Assembly (NCBI RefSeq): GCF_004010195.1
Contig: NC_057749.1
Coordinates: 24,480,334 to 24,502,615, forward strand
Origin: Chiloscyllium plagiosum
Lineage: Eukaryota
Length of the DNA: 22,282 bases
Direction: 5' to 3'
Shown: piece after piece, positions 9,086-18,539 of the stretch
How the letters are laid out: each line of letters opens with the position of its first letter
Position numbering within the stretch: position 1 is the first letter of the stretch
Program-made: the position numbers and the translations under genes
Notes under the pieces: model-generated
The model's database searches: none
What the model was told of the DNA's origin: nothing
What the model saw: only the letters and a program-made list of their open reading frames with translations

Positions 9086-9376
9086 ATCCTGCACTCTATC
9101 CTGAACTGTAAGGTGTGAAGTGAACAAGGTGGAATAATTGCTTCTTTGATTCTCCGCGTCCATTGAATTTGACATTGAATATGACTTTGCAAAGTTAGCG
9201 CATTCAATTGGATATGTACATCCAGGTCAGCAGTCCTAATACCAGCCTCGGTCGCCTCACACTGGGGTAATGGTGTTATAGCAGGCTGGGCCATGCCCAG
9301 GTTTCTGACCAGTTAGTTACTTGATTGTATTCATGAGTGTCAAAATCAATATTTAATAATCTAGAATTAGCACAGT

Positions 9377-9389
9377 GTTGCTAGGCAAC
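9377..9389. promoter_or_regulatory. Candidate RFX X-box
   Basis: GTTGCTAGGCAAC, a near-palindromic RFX site in non-repeat sequence. Confidence 0.5.
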
Positions 9390-9529
9390 AGCCAGTGCAC
9401 TTACTTAACCACCTTATCCCTCAGGAGGTATTGATGTAAATAGGGCGATGTGTAAACTGGTCAGGGCAAATTGTTTTCAAAAGTAGGCATCTCTACATCC
9501 TGAAACCGTTCTGACGAAAGGGAGGTTTT

Positions 9530-10000
9530 GTAGGAACTGTGTCCAGGTTTCGTTCCCTGCGTTGTATAAAGGACTGGCTTTGGAGGCAGTTCAAAAGAGA
9601 TTCTTGAAGGGGGATGAATGGAGCTGATTTATCAAGAACAGGTCAAGTCTTTATCCATGAGAGTTTAGCAGAATGATAATTGATCTTATTGAAACATACA
9701 AGATCCTGAGGAGGGGTTTGACAGGGTAGATGTTGAGGAGATCCTGACGAGGGGGTTTGACAGGGTAGATGTTGAGGAGATCCTGAGGAGGGGGTTTGAC
9801 AGGGTAGATGTTGAGGAGATCCTGACGAGGGGGTTTGACAGGGTAGATGTTGAGGAGATCCCGAGGAGGGGTTTGACAGGGTAGATGTTGAGAAATTGTT
9901 TCCCTTCATGAGAAAATCTCGAACTAGAGGACATCATTACAGAATAAGGTGATACTCACTTAAACTGAGACGTGAAAACATTTCTTCTCTCAGTGAGTGT
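9530..10000 (+). mobile_element. Old CR1 ORF2 3' fragment with an internal tandem expansion
   Basis: ttggaggcagttcaaaagagattc...gatcttattgaaacatacaagatcctg...tctcgaactagaggacat...tttcttctctcag. Confidence 0.8.
9702..9892. repeat. 38/39-bp tandem repeat, 5 copies
   Basis: gatcctgaggagggg(g)tttgacagggtagatgttgagga starts at 9702, 9740, 9779, 9818 and 9857. Confidence 0.95.
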
Positions 10001-10004
10001 TAGA

Positions 10005-10720
10005 TCATAGAGAAGTACAGCACAGGAACAGACCCTTCGGCCCACCATTTTGTGTTGAACATGACGCCAAATTAAACTAATCCCTTATGCCTGCCCTTGG
10101 TCCATATCCTTCCATTCCTTGGATATTCATGCGCTCATCTAAAAGCCCCTTAAATGATCCTATCGTATTTGCCTCCACCACCAAACCTGGCAGCCTGTTC
10201 CAAACGCCTATCACACTCTGGGTAAAAAACTTGCCCCTCACATTTCCTTTGAACTTGCCCCCTCTCACCTTAAATGCATGCCCCCTCGTGTTAGACATTA
10301 CAACTCAGAAAAAAAGATTCTGACCGTCAAGCCTATCTATGCATCTCATAATATTATAGACTTCTATCAGGTCTCCCCTCAGTCTCTGCCCCTCCAGAGA
10401 TAACAGCCTGAGTTTTTCCAGCCTCTCCTTATATGCTCGTACTCTCTAATCCAGGCAGCATCCTGGTAAACCATTTCTGCACCCTCTCCAAAGTCTCCAC
10501 ATCCTCCCTGTGACCAGAACTGAACATCACACTCTAAGTGCGGCCTAACCAAAGTCTGATAAAGCTGCAACATGACATCCTGATTCTTGTACTCAGTTCC
10601 CAGACCAATAAAGGTAAGCTTACCATACACCTTCATTACCACCTTACCTACATGTGGGGTCACTTTCAGGGAGCTGTGGACTTGAACCCCAAGATCCCAC
10701 TGTACATCAATGCTGTTCAG
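10005..10720 (-). mobile_element. CR1 3' fragment
   Basis: ORFs 10379-10750 (DLGVQVHSSLK...LQLYQTLVRPHLE) and 10077-10298 (TRGH..K...FFTQSVIGVWNRLP). The tail lies at about 10005-10050. Confidence 0.92.
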
Positions 10721-10724
10721 GGTA

Positions 10725-10890
10725 TTGATGGGGAGTGAGGTATAGGGCATGTTGGAGGGGAAAGTGAAGTGAGTAGAATATCGAGAGGGAGTGCGGTAAA
10801 GGGAGTGTTGAGGGGAAGTGCGGTGGTGGGAGTGTTGAGGGAGAGTGTGGTGGAGGGAGTGTTGAGGGAGAGTGCGGTGAAGGGAGTGTT
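10725..10890. repeat. 27-bp purine-rich minisatellite, left part
   Basis: Unit gagggagagtgcggtgaagggagtgtt, more degenerate towards the left. Confidence 0.88.
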
Positions 10891-12159
10891 AATAGACAAT
10901 AGGTGCAGGAGTAGGCCATTCTGCCCTTCGAGCCTGCACCACCATTCATTATGATCATGGCTGATCATCCTCAATCAGTATCCTGTTCCTGCCTTATCTC
11001 CTTAACCCTTGATTCCACTATCCTTGAGAGCTCTATCCAACTCTTTCTTAAACGAATCCAGTGACTGGGCCTCCACTGCCCTCTGGGGAAGAGCATTCCA
11101 CACAGCCACCACTCTCTGGGTGAAGAGGTTTCTCCTCATCTCTCCTACCCCTTATTTTTAAGCTGTGTCCTCTGGTTCGGCACTCACCCATCAGCGGAAA
11201 CATGTTTCCTGCCTCCAGAGTGTCCAATCCTTTAATTGTCTCAATTATATGTCTCAATTAGATCCCCTCTCAGTCTTCTAAACTCAAGGGTATACAAGCC
11301 CAGTTGCTCCAATCTTTCAACATAAGATAGTCCCGCCATTCCAGGAATTGACCTCATGAACCTACGCTGCACTCCCTCAATAGCCAGAATGTCTTTCCTC
11401 AAATTTGGAGACCAGAACTGCACACAATATTCCAGGTGTGGTCGCACCAGGGGCCTGTACAGCTGCAGAAGAACCTCTTTGATTTTATACTCAATCCCTC
11501 TTGTTATGAAGGCCAGCATGCTATTAGCCTTCTTCACTACCTGCTGTACCTGCATGCTTGCCTTCATTGACTGGTGTACAAGAACACCCAGATCTCTTTG
11601 TACGACCCCTTTACCTAACTTGACTCCATTTAGGTAGTAATCTGCCTTCCTGTTCTTGCCACCAAAGTGGATAACCATACATTTAGCCACATTAAACTGC
11701 ATCTGCCATGCATCTGTCCACTCACCTAACTTGTCTAGGTCACCCTGTAATCTCCTAACATCCTCCTCACATTTCACCCTGCCACCCAGCTTTGTATCAT
11801 CAGCAATTTGCTAATGTTACTATTAATACCATCTTCTATATCATTAATATATATTGTAAAAAGCTGCGGTCCCAGTACTGATCCCTGCGGTACCCCACTG
11901 GTCACTGTCTGCTATTCCAAAAGGGAGCCGTTTATCATTACTCTTTGTTTCCTATCAGCCAACCAACTTTGAATCCAAGTCAGTACTTTGCCCCCAATAC
12001 CATGCACCCTAATTTTGCTCACTAACCTATGTGGGACTTTATCAAAGGATTTCTGAAAGTCCAGGTACACTACATCCACTGGATCTCCCTTGTCCATCCT
12101 CAGTTACATCCTCAAAAAATTCCAGAAGATTAGTCAAGCATGATTTCCCCTTCATAAAT
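10891..12159 (-). pseudogene. 5'-truncated CR1 LINE with decayed reverse transcriptase ORF2
   Basis: DVVYLDFQKSFDKVPH (ORF 11912-12097), [11 protein letters not shown], a frameshifted FADD, LQGDLDKLGEW...LYRPLVRPHLEYCVQFWSP (ORF 11241-11777) and the tail cctattgtctatt. It is broken by stops and frameshifts. Confidence 0.95.
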
Positions 12160-12425
12160 TGTTGAGGGAGAGTGCGGTGAAGGGAGTGTTGAGGGGGAGT
12201 GCGGTGAAGAGAATGTTGAGGGAGAGTGCAGTGGAGGGAGTGTTGGAGNNNNNAGGGAGAGTGCGGTGAAGGGAGTGTTGGGGGGAGTGCGATGGAGGGA
12301 GTGCGATGGAGGGAGTGTTGAGGGAGAGTGTGGTGAAGGGAGTGTTGAGGGATAGTGCAGTGGAGGGAGTGTTGGAGGGGGAGTGCGGTGGAGGGAGTGT
12401 TGGGGTAAGTTTTGATGGTGGAGGG
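12160..12425. repeat. 27-bp purine-rich minisatellite, right part
   Basis: Same unit as 10725-10890; includes the 5-N gap. Confidence 0.9.
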
Positions 12426-12849
12426 TGAAGTGTAGGGGGATGATGTGCCCCAATGGAAAGTGGCGCAGAAACCAGTTCACACAATGGCCCTGAGCTGGCC
12501 AGAATGGGCAGGAACTGGGAAAGATTGATGGCCATTGACTGACAGTTCTAGGTTTTGAAGCCATGTCCCATCCTTACATTTCAGAGATTTCTTCAGAAAT
12601 ATGAAATGATGTCTCAAGTAAATCGGACACCTAGAGATTGGCAGTTGACATTTCTGAGAGTAGACATGCCTGGCTGTTCGACACAATTACAAATACCTTA
12701 CAAATGTAACGAACAGACCACGTAAAGGTTAACCCAATATCTCATAAACAAACACAAAGCTTTCAGAATGAATTTCAGAAACTTCTAAATGCTTTGCAGT
12801 TAATGAGAAACCTTAGACTCTAGCCACCATTGGAGTCTCCTTGCTGTCA

Positions 12850-13015
12850 TGATCAATATGTACCTCTCATCCAACATCACTTAACCAGATTGTCAAAGCT
12901 GCTTGAGAGAGCTGACTGTGCACGGGTTTGTTTTCACAATTAAAGCAACACTTCACAAAGGCTGTAACGCTGTTCGGGTCATCCTCAGGTCATGAGTGAT
13001 ACCATATCAATGAAA
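12850..13015 (+). mobile_element. Ancient SINE 3' remnant (AmnSINE1-like tail)
   Basis: caatatgtacctctcatccaacatcac...caacacttc...ggctgtaacgctgttcggg...gataccatatcaatg resembles the ctgtaaagcgctttggg...ggcgctatataaatg SINE tail. Heavily diverged. Confidence 0.45.
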
Positions 13016-13574
13016 TTAATTCCTTTCCCCGCAGTCTTGGAGTTAATTCTGCACTTGCTACCAAGCTGAGACAGTATCAGACCGGGAATTGAGAGACAGC
13101 GGATATTCTGATTATATATCCTCTATGCGCTGGGAGCTCAAAGGTCTTGTTAACAATTGAGTTCACCTTTGTTTGGATACTGAGTGCAGACAACGGTCTA
13201 CACGTCCCGAGTGTAAACGGGAAGCCCCAGCCGTGCCCAGGTCAGGCTGCTACAGGATATTTTAACAGCCAGGAGCAAGATGAAGGATTTTCGTGACATT
13301 TCCCTGCCTGTGAGGATTCCTTCCGCTGTGTCTCTATCTGCTGTCACTTTGGAACAGGAGACGGGCGAATGTTTCCTCATTGAGTCACGCACACCATGCA
13401 AACTCTGATGAAAATGTGCGTAGATCTGGAATCAAGGCACTGCTGCATGTGCCAAAGTCTCTGGATTGATCTCATTGTACGGGGCTGTTTATTAATGTGT
13501 GCTTTTTTCCGTCAATTTAAGAAAATAGATAAACGATAACTGTGTGATCCCAGTATGTTAAGCACACAGAAACA

Positions 13575-13995
13575 CCATAGCATTGAAAATAGATGCTGGA
13601 GTAGGCCTTTGAGCCTGCACCTTCATTCAATATGATCCTGCAATCTCAGGATCCCACTCCCACTTTCTCCCTATCCCCCTTGATCCCTTTAGCCCCAAGG
13701 GGCATATCCAGCCCCCTCTTGAATACATCGAATGAACCGGCCCCAACGGCTTCCTGAGGGAGAGAATTCCACAGGTTCACAACTCCCTGAGTGAAGAAAT
13801 TCTTCCTCATCTCAATCCTGAATGGCTTACAAATCCTGATGAAGGGCCTTATGCCCGAAATATTGACTCTCCTGCTCCTCGGATGCTCCTAACCTGCTGT
13901 GCTTTTCCAGCATCACTCTCTCAACTCTGATCTCCAGCATCTGCAGTCCTCCCTTTCTCCCAGAATGGCTTACCCCTTGTTGCTAGACTGTGATC
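13575..13995 (-). mobile_element. CR1 3' end, interrupted at 13831-13962
   Basis: gctggagtaggcc...gagcctgcac...agagaattccacaggttcacaactccctgagtgaagaaattcttcctcatctc; same family as 10891-11150. Confidence 0.85.
13831..13962 (+). mobile_element. 132-bp Penelope-derived insertion starting with a hammerhead motif
   Basis: Perfect 11-bp TSD gaatggcttac (13820-13830 and 13963-13973). CTGATGA-A-GGGC-cttat-GCCC-GAAA lies at 13836-13860. Confidence 0.82.
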
Positions 13996-14203
13996 TCAGT
14001 CACTGTAGTGACTTAGGGTAACCAGTCTGTGTGTTCATTACTAAGAGCTGGACAATATCTAGGTTTGTGTCAGTAAATTGGCAACACAAATACCGGGGTA
14101 ATAACATTCTCCAAGGAGAAATAATCTAATCAGCATTAACACTGCTGAATCCCCCACCATCAATATCCTATGGTTTAGTGTTAGCCAGAAACTGACTGGG
14201 GTC

Positions 14204-14369
14204 GAGAGAAGGGTGTTAGAAAAGCACAGTTGATCAGGCAGCATCCGAGAATCGACATTTCGGGTATAAGCCCTTCTCCTGCTCCTCGGATGCTGCCTGA
14301 CCTGCTGTGCTTTTCTAGCACCACACTCTCGACTCTGATCTCCAGCATCTGCAGCCCTCAACTCCTCCT
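14204..14369. mobile_element. Fold-back Penelope-derived insertion
   Basis: Arms gtcgagag..gtgttagaaaagcacag..tcaggcagcatccgag and ctcggatgctgcctga..ctgtgcttttctagcac..ctctcgac, with a truncated hammerhead on the minus strand in the loop. 17-bp TSD with 2 mismatches (14187-14203 and 14370-14386). Confidence 0.8.
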
Positions 14370-14550
14370 AGAAATTGAATGGGGTCAGCATGGAACGATT
14401 ACTGTCAGAAATAATTTACAGAGCAGGAGTTCAAGAAATTTAGCACCATCCGGGTGCAGATTGGTGTGGGGAGGGGTGCATTTAATTGGCATTTCATTCA
14501 CCACTTTAAAAATTCACATTCTTCATTGATGCCCAATAGCAGGGGTGTAG

Positions 14551-14843
14551 AGCACCAGGGACCTGGGTTCGATTCCTGCCTCAGGCGACTGTCTGTGTGG
14601 ACTTTGCACATTCTCCTTGTGTCTGCGTGGGTTTCCTCCGGGTGCTCTGGTTTCCTCTAACAGTCCAAAGATGTGCAGGTCAGGTGAATTAGCCATGCAA
14701 TATTGCCCGTAGTGTTAGGTGCATTAGTCAGGGGTAAAGATAGGGTAGGGGAATGGGTCTGGGTGGGTTACTCTTCAGAGGGTTGGTGTGGACTTGTTGG
14801 GCCAATTGACCTGTTTCCATACTGTAGGGAACCTAATCTAATT
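14551..14843 (+). mobile_element. HE1/V-SINE-like SINE, 5'-truncated
   Basis: B-box GGTTCGATTCC (14566-14576), gtgtctgcgtgggtttcctccgggtgctctggtttcc, V-domain-like segment and a (ctaat)n tail. Confidence 0.88.
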
Positions 14844-15407
14844 AATAAGCAGCAGAAAGAATCATTCAGTACAGAAGAGGCCCTTCAGTCCATTGATCCT
14901 GTACTGTCAAAAGTACTCAATTGCTGATGCTAGTCCCTTTTCCCCACACTGGGCCCATATCCACAAACAGTACGACACTCCAAGTGCTCAGCTGAGTACT
15001 TTGCAAAGGTTATGAAGTTTCCCACCTTCACCCACTCTCCCAGCCACTGCATTCCAGGTCACCCACCATCCTCAAGGGGAAAAGGCTTTCCTCATATTCC
15101 CTCCGGTTTTTCGCTTTAAAATTCTGTCCCCTTGTTTTTGTCCCTTTGGCTAAGGAAGACAGCTGCCTTCTCTCCACCCTGTCCATGCCCCGTGTAATCT
15201 TTTACACCTCTATCAGGTCCACTCTACAACCTTCTCTGCTCCAAGGAAACCAACCCGAGGTTATCCAGCCTCTCTTCATCGCTGAAGTGTTCCGTCCCAG
15301 GCGACGTCCTGGTGAATCTCCTCCACACCCCCTCTAGTGTGCTCACATCCTTCCTATAGTGCAGTGACCTAGCTATTCCAGCCATGGCCTAACCAAAGTT
15401 CTGTAAA

Positions 15408-15500
15408 TTAGAATCTCTACAGTGTAGAAACAGGCCCTTCAGTCCAACAAGTCCATACCGACCCTCCGAAGAGTATCCCACTCAAACCCATTCCCAATTA
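15408..15500 (-). mobile_element. HE1-like SINE tail nested in CR1
   Basis: Reverse complement of the 14745-14830 tail. A short partial repeat follows at about 15505-15532. Confidence 0.75.
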
Positions 15501-15866
15501 CTATTAGAATTTGAATCTCTAGTGTGGAAACAATGTTCCACCATCACGGCCCTGCTCCTACAATAAATACCAAGACTGATAAAGGCAAGTGTTCTGTATG
15601 TCTTCTTAACTCCCCTGTTGACCTATCCCTCCACCTTCAGCAATCTTGGACAAGCATCCCATGATCCCTCTGTTCCTCTGAGCTTCCAGTGTCCTGCTAT
15701 TCATCGAGTGCTCTCTTGCCTTGTTCCTTCTTCCTCACACTTAGGATTAAATTCCATCTGCTACTGATCTGACCAACCCTCCTGTAACCTAAGACCTTTG
15801 TCCTCACTGTCAATCACTTGTCCAATCTTTGCATCATCCATAAACGCACTCACCTACATTCTCATC

Positions 15867-16114
15867 ATGTGTGAATATCACAAGCAGTGAGGGACCAGCG
15901 GTGTGGTCCACTAAAGGACCACACCGCTGCACACTGGGCTCCAGTCACTGGGCTCCACTCCTTCTACCACTGCCCTCAGTCCCCTGTCACTAACCCAAAT
16001 GTGTGAATATCACAAGCAGTGAGGGACCAGCGGACCACACCGCTGCACACTGGGCTCCAGTCACTGGGCTCCACTCCTTCTACCACTGCCCTCAGTCCCC
16101 TGTCACTAACCCAA
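15867..16114. repeat. Tandem duplication (132 bp plus 116 bp)
   Basis: Copies at 15867-15998 and 15999-16114 are identical except for a 16-bp indel. Confidence 0.95.
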
Positions 16115-16519
16115 GTTTGGATCCAACTTGCCTTGGATCCTATTAGCTTTCATCTTCATCAGTTTCTCCAAAGTTGGACATTGTCAAAGGCCTGGGCTGA
16201 AATCCATATAAACCACATCAACAAGCCTACCCTCTTCTACACACTCACTCCTCCTTGAACAATATTATCAAATTCATTAGGCATGACCTCCCTCTGATAA
16301 AGCCACACCGACTATCCCTGATCAAGCCTTGCCCCTCTACATGGAGAATCATTTTCACCTTCACTATTTTCTCCAATGGTTTCCTCACCACTGATGTCAG
16401 ATTCATTGAATGGACTATCTCTACACCCTTGTTGAATGTGGAGCCATATTAGCTCTCCTCCAGTCCTCTGGCACCACTCCCATGGCCAGAGATGATTTAA
16501 ATGTTTGAGTCAGGGCCCC

Positions 16520-16855
16520 TGTTGTTTCCTCCATCTTCCACAGCAGCACTGTACGCTAGTGCACCACACCAACTCACTGAGGCATTTTCAATAGCACCTT
16601 CCAAGCCTACGACCTCCACCACCCAGAAGGGCAGTGGATCTATGGAAACACCTGCAAGTTTCCCTCCAAGCCACTCACCCTGGAATTGGATCATTGTTCT
16701 TTCTCTCTGTGGCTAGGTCAAAATCGTGGAACTTGCTCCAAGTGGACTGCAGCAGTTCAAGAAAGGCAGCTCACCACCACCTTTCCGAGGACAACCAGGG
16801 ATGCGCAATAAATGCTGACCTGGCCAGCGACGTCTACATCCCCAGAGCAAATGTT
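16520..16855 (+). mobile_element. LINE 3' end, same family as 3600-4110
   Basis: agcaccttcc...ggactgcagcagttcaagaaaggcagctcaccaccacc...agggatgcgcaataaatgctgacctggccagcgac. Confidence 0.75.
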
Positions 16856-16894
16856 TTCTAAAAGGCCAGCTAAGGTTAGCATACCTCTGGGATT

Positions 16895-17001
16895 GTCCTG
16901 AATCAACCTATTCAGAGAAATATTCTTACACACTTCTGGTACAGGTGGGATTTGAACTCATACCAGAGGGAGAGATACTAACCCTGTCCCACAATAGCTC
17001 C
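16895..17001 (-). mobile_element. tRNA-derived SINE head fragment
   Basis: The minus strand reads ...tgtgggacagggttagt...GAGTTCAAATCCcacctg, i.e. degenerate A and B boxes. Confidence 0.55.
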
Positions 17002-17158
17002 TTTGCCTTGATGCATCCAGGACACTGCTATGGATGTCATTGAGGAATCATAGAGGCATTCAGAAACTTGTGTCTATTTTATATTCTTGGCGCAGTTTGG
17101 TTTAGCAGCTGTTAAAACAAATATCGGCGATGGTAGACCAATTTAACCAGTCACTCAC

Positions 17159-17289
17159 TCATGAAGGTCATGGGTTACCCTGGCGACACTGCCTTTACAA
17201 GCCGTCTGATTCTCTGCTTTCCATTGGCATTGTCGATCCCATCCTCGGAGTGTTCAGGATACGCACGCAAATAGTCACTGGGCTGAAAC
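17159..17289 (-). other. Unconfirmed exon-like segment
   Basis: Acceptor ctcttttgtctgatccctctcctccag|G. Donors after 17179 (|GTAACC, 111 bp, one open frame) or after 17159 (|GTGAGT, 131 bp). Unique sequence that retains CpGs. Confidence 0.35.
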
Positions 17290-17689
17290 CTGGAGGAGAG
17301 GGATCAGACAAAAGAGCTGAATCTTAAAGATGAGGTGTGTCATGATGCTGTTCCTTTCACAAGGTTATGTCATCCTTGGTTTTTTTCAAAGGGGTTATAA
17401 AAGACAGAGGGTCCGATTTGGCTGGCGTAGCCATTTGATTATGGAGAACAGGTACTGCCTCAGGCAAAAGGCTTTGAAATTTTTTTAAAACACTTGCACA
17501 ACGAAAGGGGAGTGGAGTGGCCAGTTCTCCGAGGCGAGGTCTTGATGCTGCTGGTCAAGGTTTTAGCTGGGGACCCAAAGAAACAGCTCCTTGCTGATTC
17601 TCTCTCTCTCTGACATCTCTCCTGTAAGAACCTGTGTCTGATTTTATTATTTTCTTGCCAAGGACGAGTTTATGGGCATGTTGCAAGCA

Positions 17690-17897
17690 CAGATAGCCTC
17701 CGCTATCCGAAGGTAGAGCGTTCCCAAGAAATCTTTTGTAAGCTGAAAACGGCGTAAAGTGAAGGTGCATGTTTTGTATGGGAAAAAATATGGCTGTTTT
17801 TCGTAAAAGCGACAATTCTCTTCAGATTCACAAAACGTAGGTCTTTCGTAAAAGCGAAATTGCGTCAAGCAGACGTTCGAAAAGCAGGGGATACCTG
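17690..17897. mobile_element. Tigger-like MITE inside the LTR
   Basis: TIRs cagatagcctccgctatccgaa and ttcgaaaagcaggggatacctg (16/22 match). TA on the right, CA on the left; internal ttcgtaaaagcga repeats. Confidence 0.7.
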
Positions 17898-17909
17898 TAT
17901 TTGGAACAG

Positions 17910-18250
17910 CATAGGATAAATAGGCAAAGTCTTTTCCCTGGGGTTGGGGAGTCCAGAACGAGAGGGCATAGGTTTAGGGTGAGAGGGGAAAGATATAAAA
18001 GAGACCTCAGAGGCAACTTATTCACTCAGAGGGTGGTACATGTATGGAATGAGCTGCCAGAGGAAGTGGTGGAAGCTAATACAATTGCAACATTTAAGAA
18101 GCATTTGGATGGGTATATGAATAGGAAGGGTTTGGAAGGATATGGGCCGGGTGCTGGCAGGTGGGACTAAATTGGGTTGGGATATCTGGTCAGCATGGAC
18201 GGGTTAGACCGAAGGGTCTGTTTCTGTGCTGTACATCTCTATGACACTAT
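17910..18250 (+). mobile_element. CR1 3' end inside the LTR
   Basis: ORF 17901-18170 (LFPGVGESRTRGHRFRVRG...VWNELPEEVVEA); tail ctctatgacactat. Confidence 0.92.
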
Positions 18251-18539
18251 GAGTTCTAAAGAGTCGATTTTCAGGTAGGTTTAGTTATTCTAAATTCTCT
18301 TTTGCTTGTGTTTCGTTCAATAGTTTGTAAATAAATTCTTTTTTATTTAAAACTAAGTGGTTAAGCCAACTGCATCCCTCCTGGGATATCCATTTTATAC
18401 CTGTTCAAAATAACTAGCAAGGGTAGAGTCTGGGCTACTTTCTTGAAATGGTTTGTGGGGGTATGGCCTGGTCCATAACAGGTTAGAGCAATAGCCTTTG
18501 ACATTCAAGATGAGGGTAACATTGAGGAAATTGGAGTGA

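Larger units (their letters stand above)
14858..16510 (-). mobile_element. Old CR1 LINE, RT region to 3' end, highly decayed
   Basis: Antisense CR1 landmarks: agaatcattcagtacagaagaggcccttcag (tail), tctatcaggtcc, ggcctaaccaaagttctg, ccaatctttgcatcatcc and ttgtcaaaggcc...aaatccatata. Confidence 0.8.
17338..18480 (+). mobile_element. Solo LTR with two nested insertions
   Basis: Begins TGtcatga and ends ccataaCA (short imperfect inverted termini). 4-bp flanks ggtg/ggtt; AATAAA near 18330. Confidence 0.7.

Noticed and set aside
9405..9510. In-frame TGA as selenocysteine in the minus-strand exon-like segment
   Set aside because: No recognisable selenoprotein motif or SECIS element; a chance stop is far more likely.
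9509..9525. Hammerhead-like ctgacga
   Set aside because: No stem II or properly placed GAAA box follows it.
9643..9937. Repetitive peptide ORFs (PSSGSPQHLPCQT)n
   Set aside because: They are antisense read-through of the 39-bp CR1-derived repeat.
11241..11777. 178-aa ORF as a functional gene
   Set aside because: It is a fragment of a truncated CR1 ORF2 with frameshifts and stops on both sides.
12130..12564. Pro/Ser/His-rich ORFs
   Set aside because: They are translations of the 27-bp minisatellite across a small gap.
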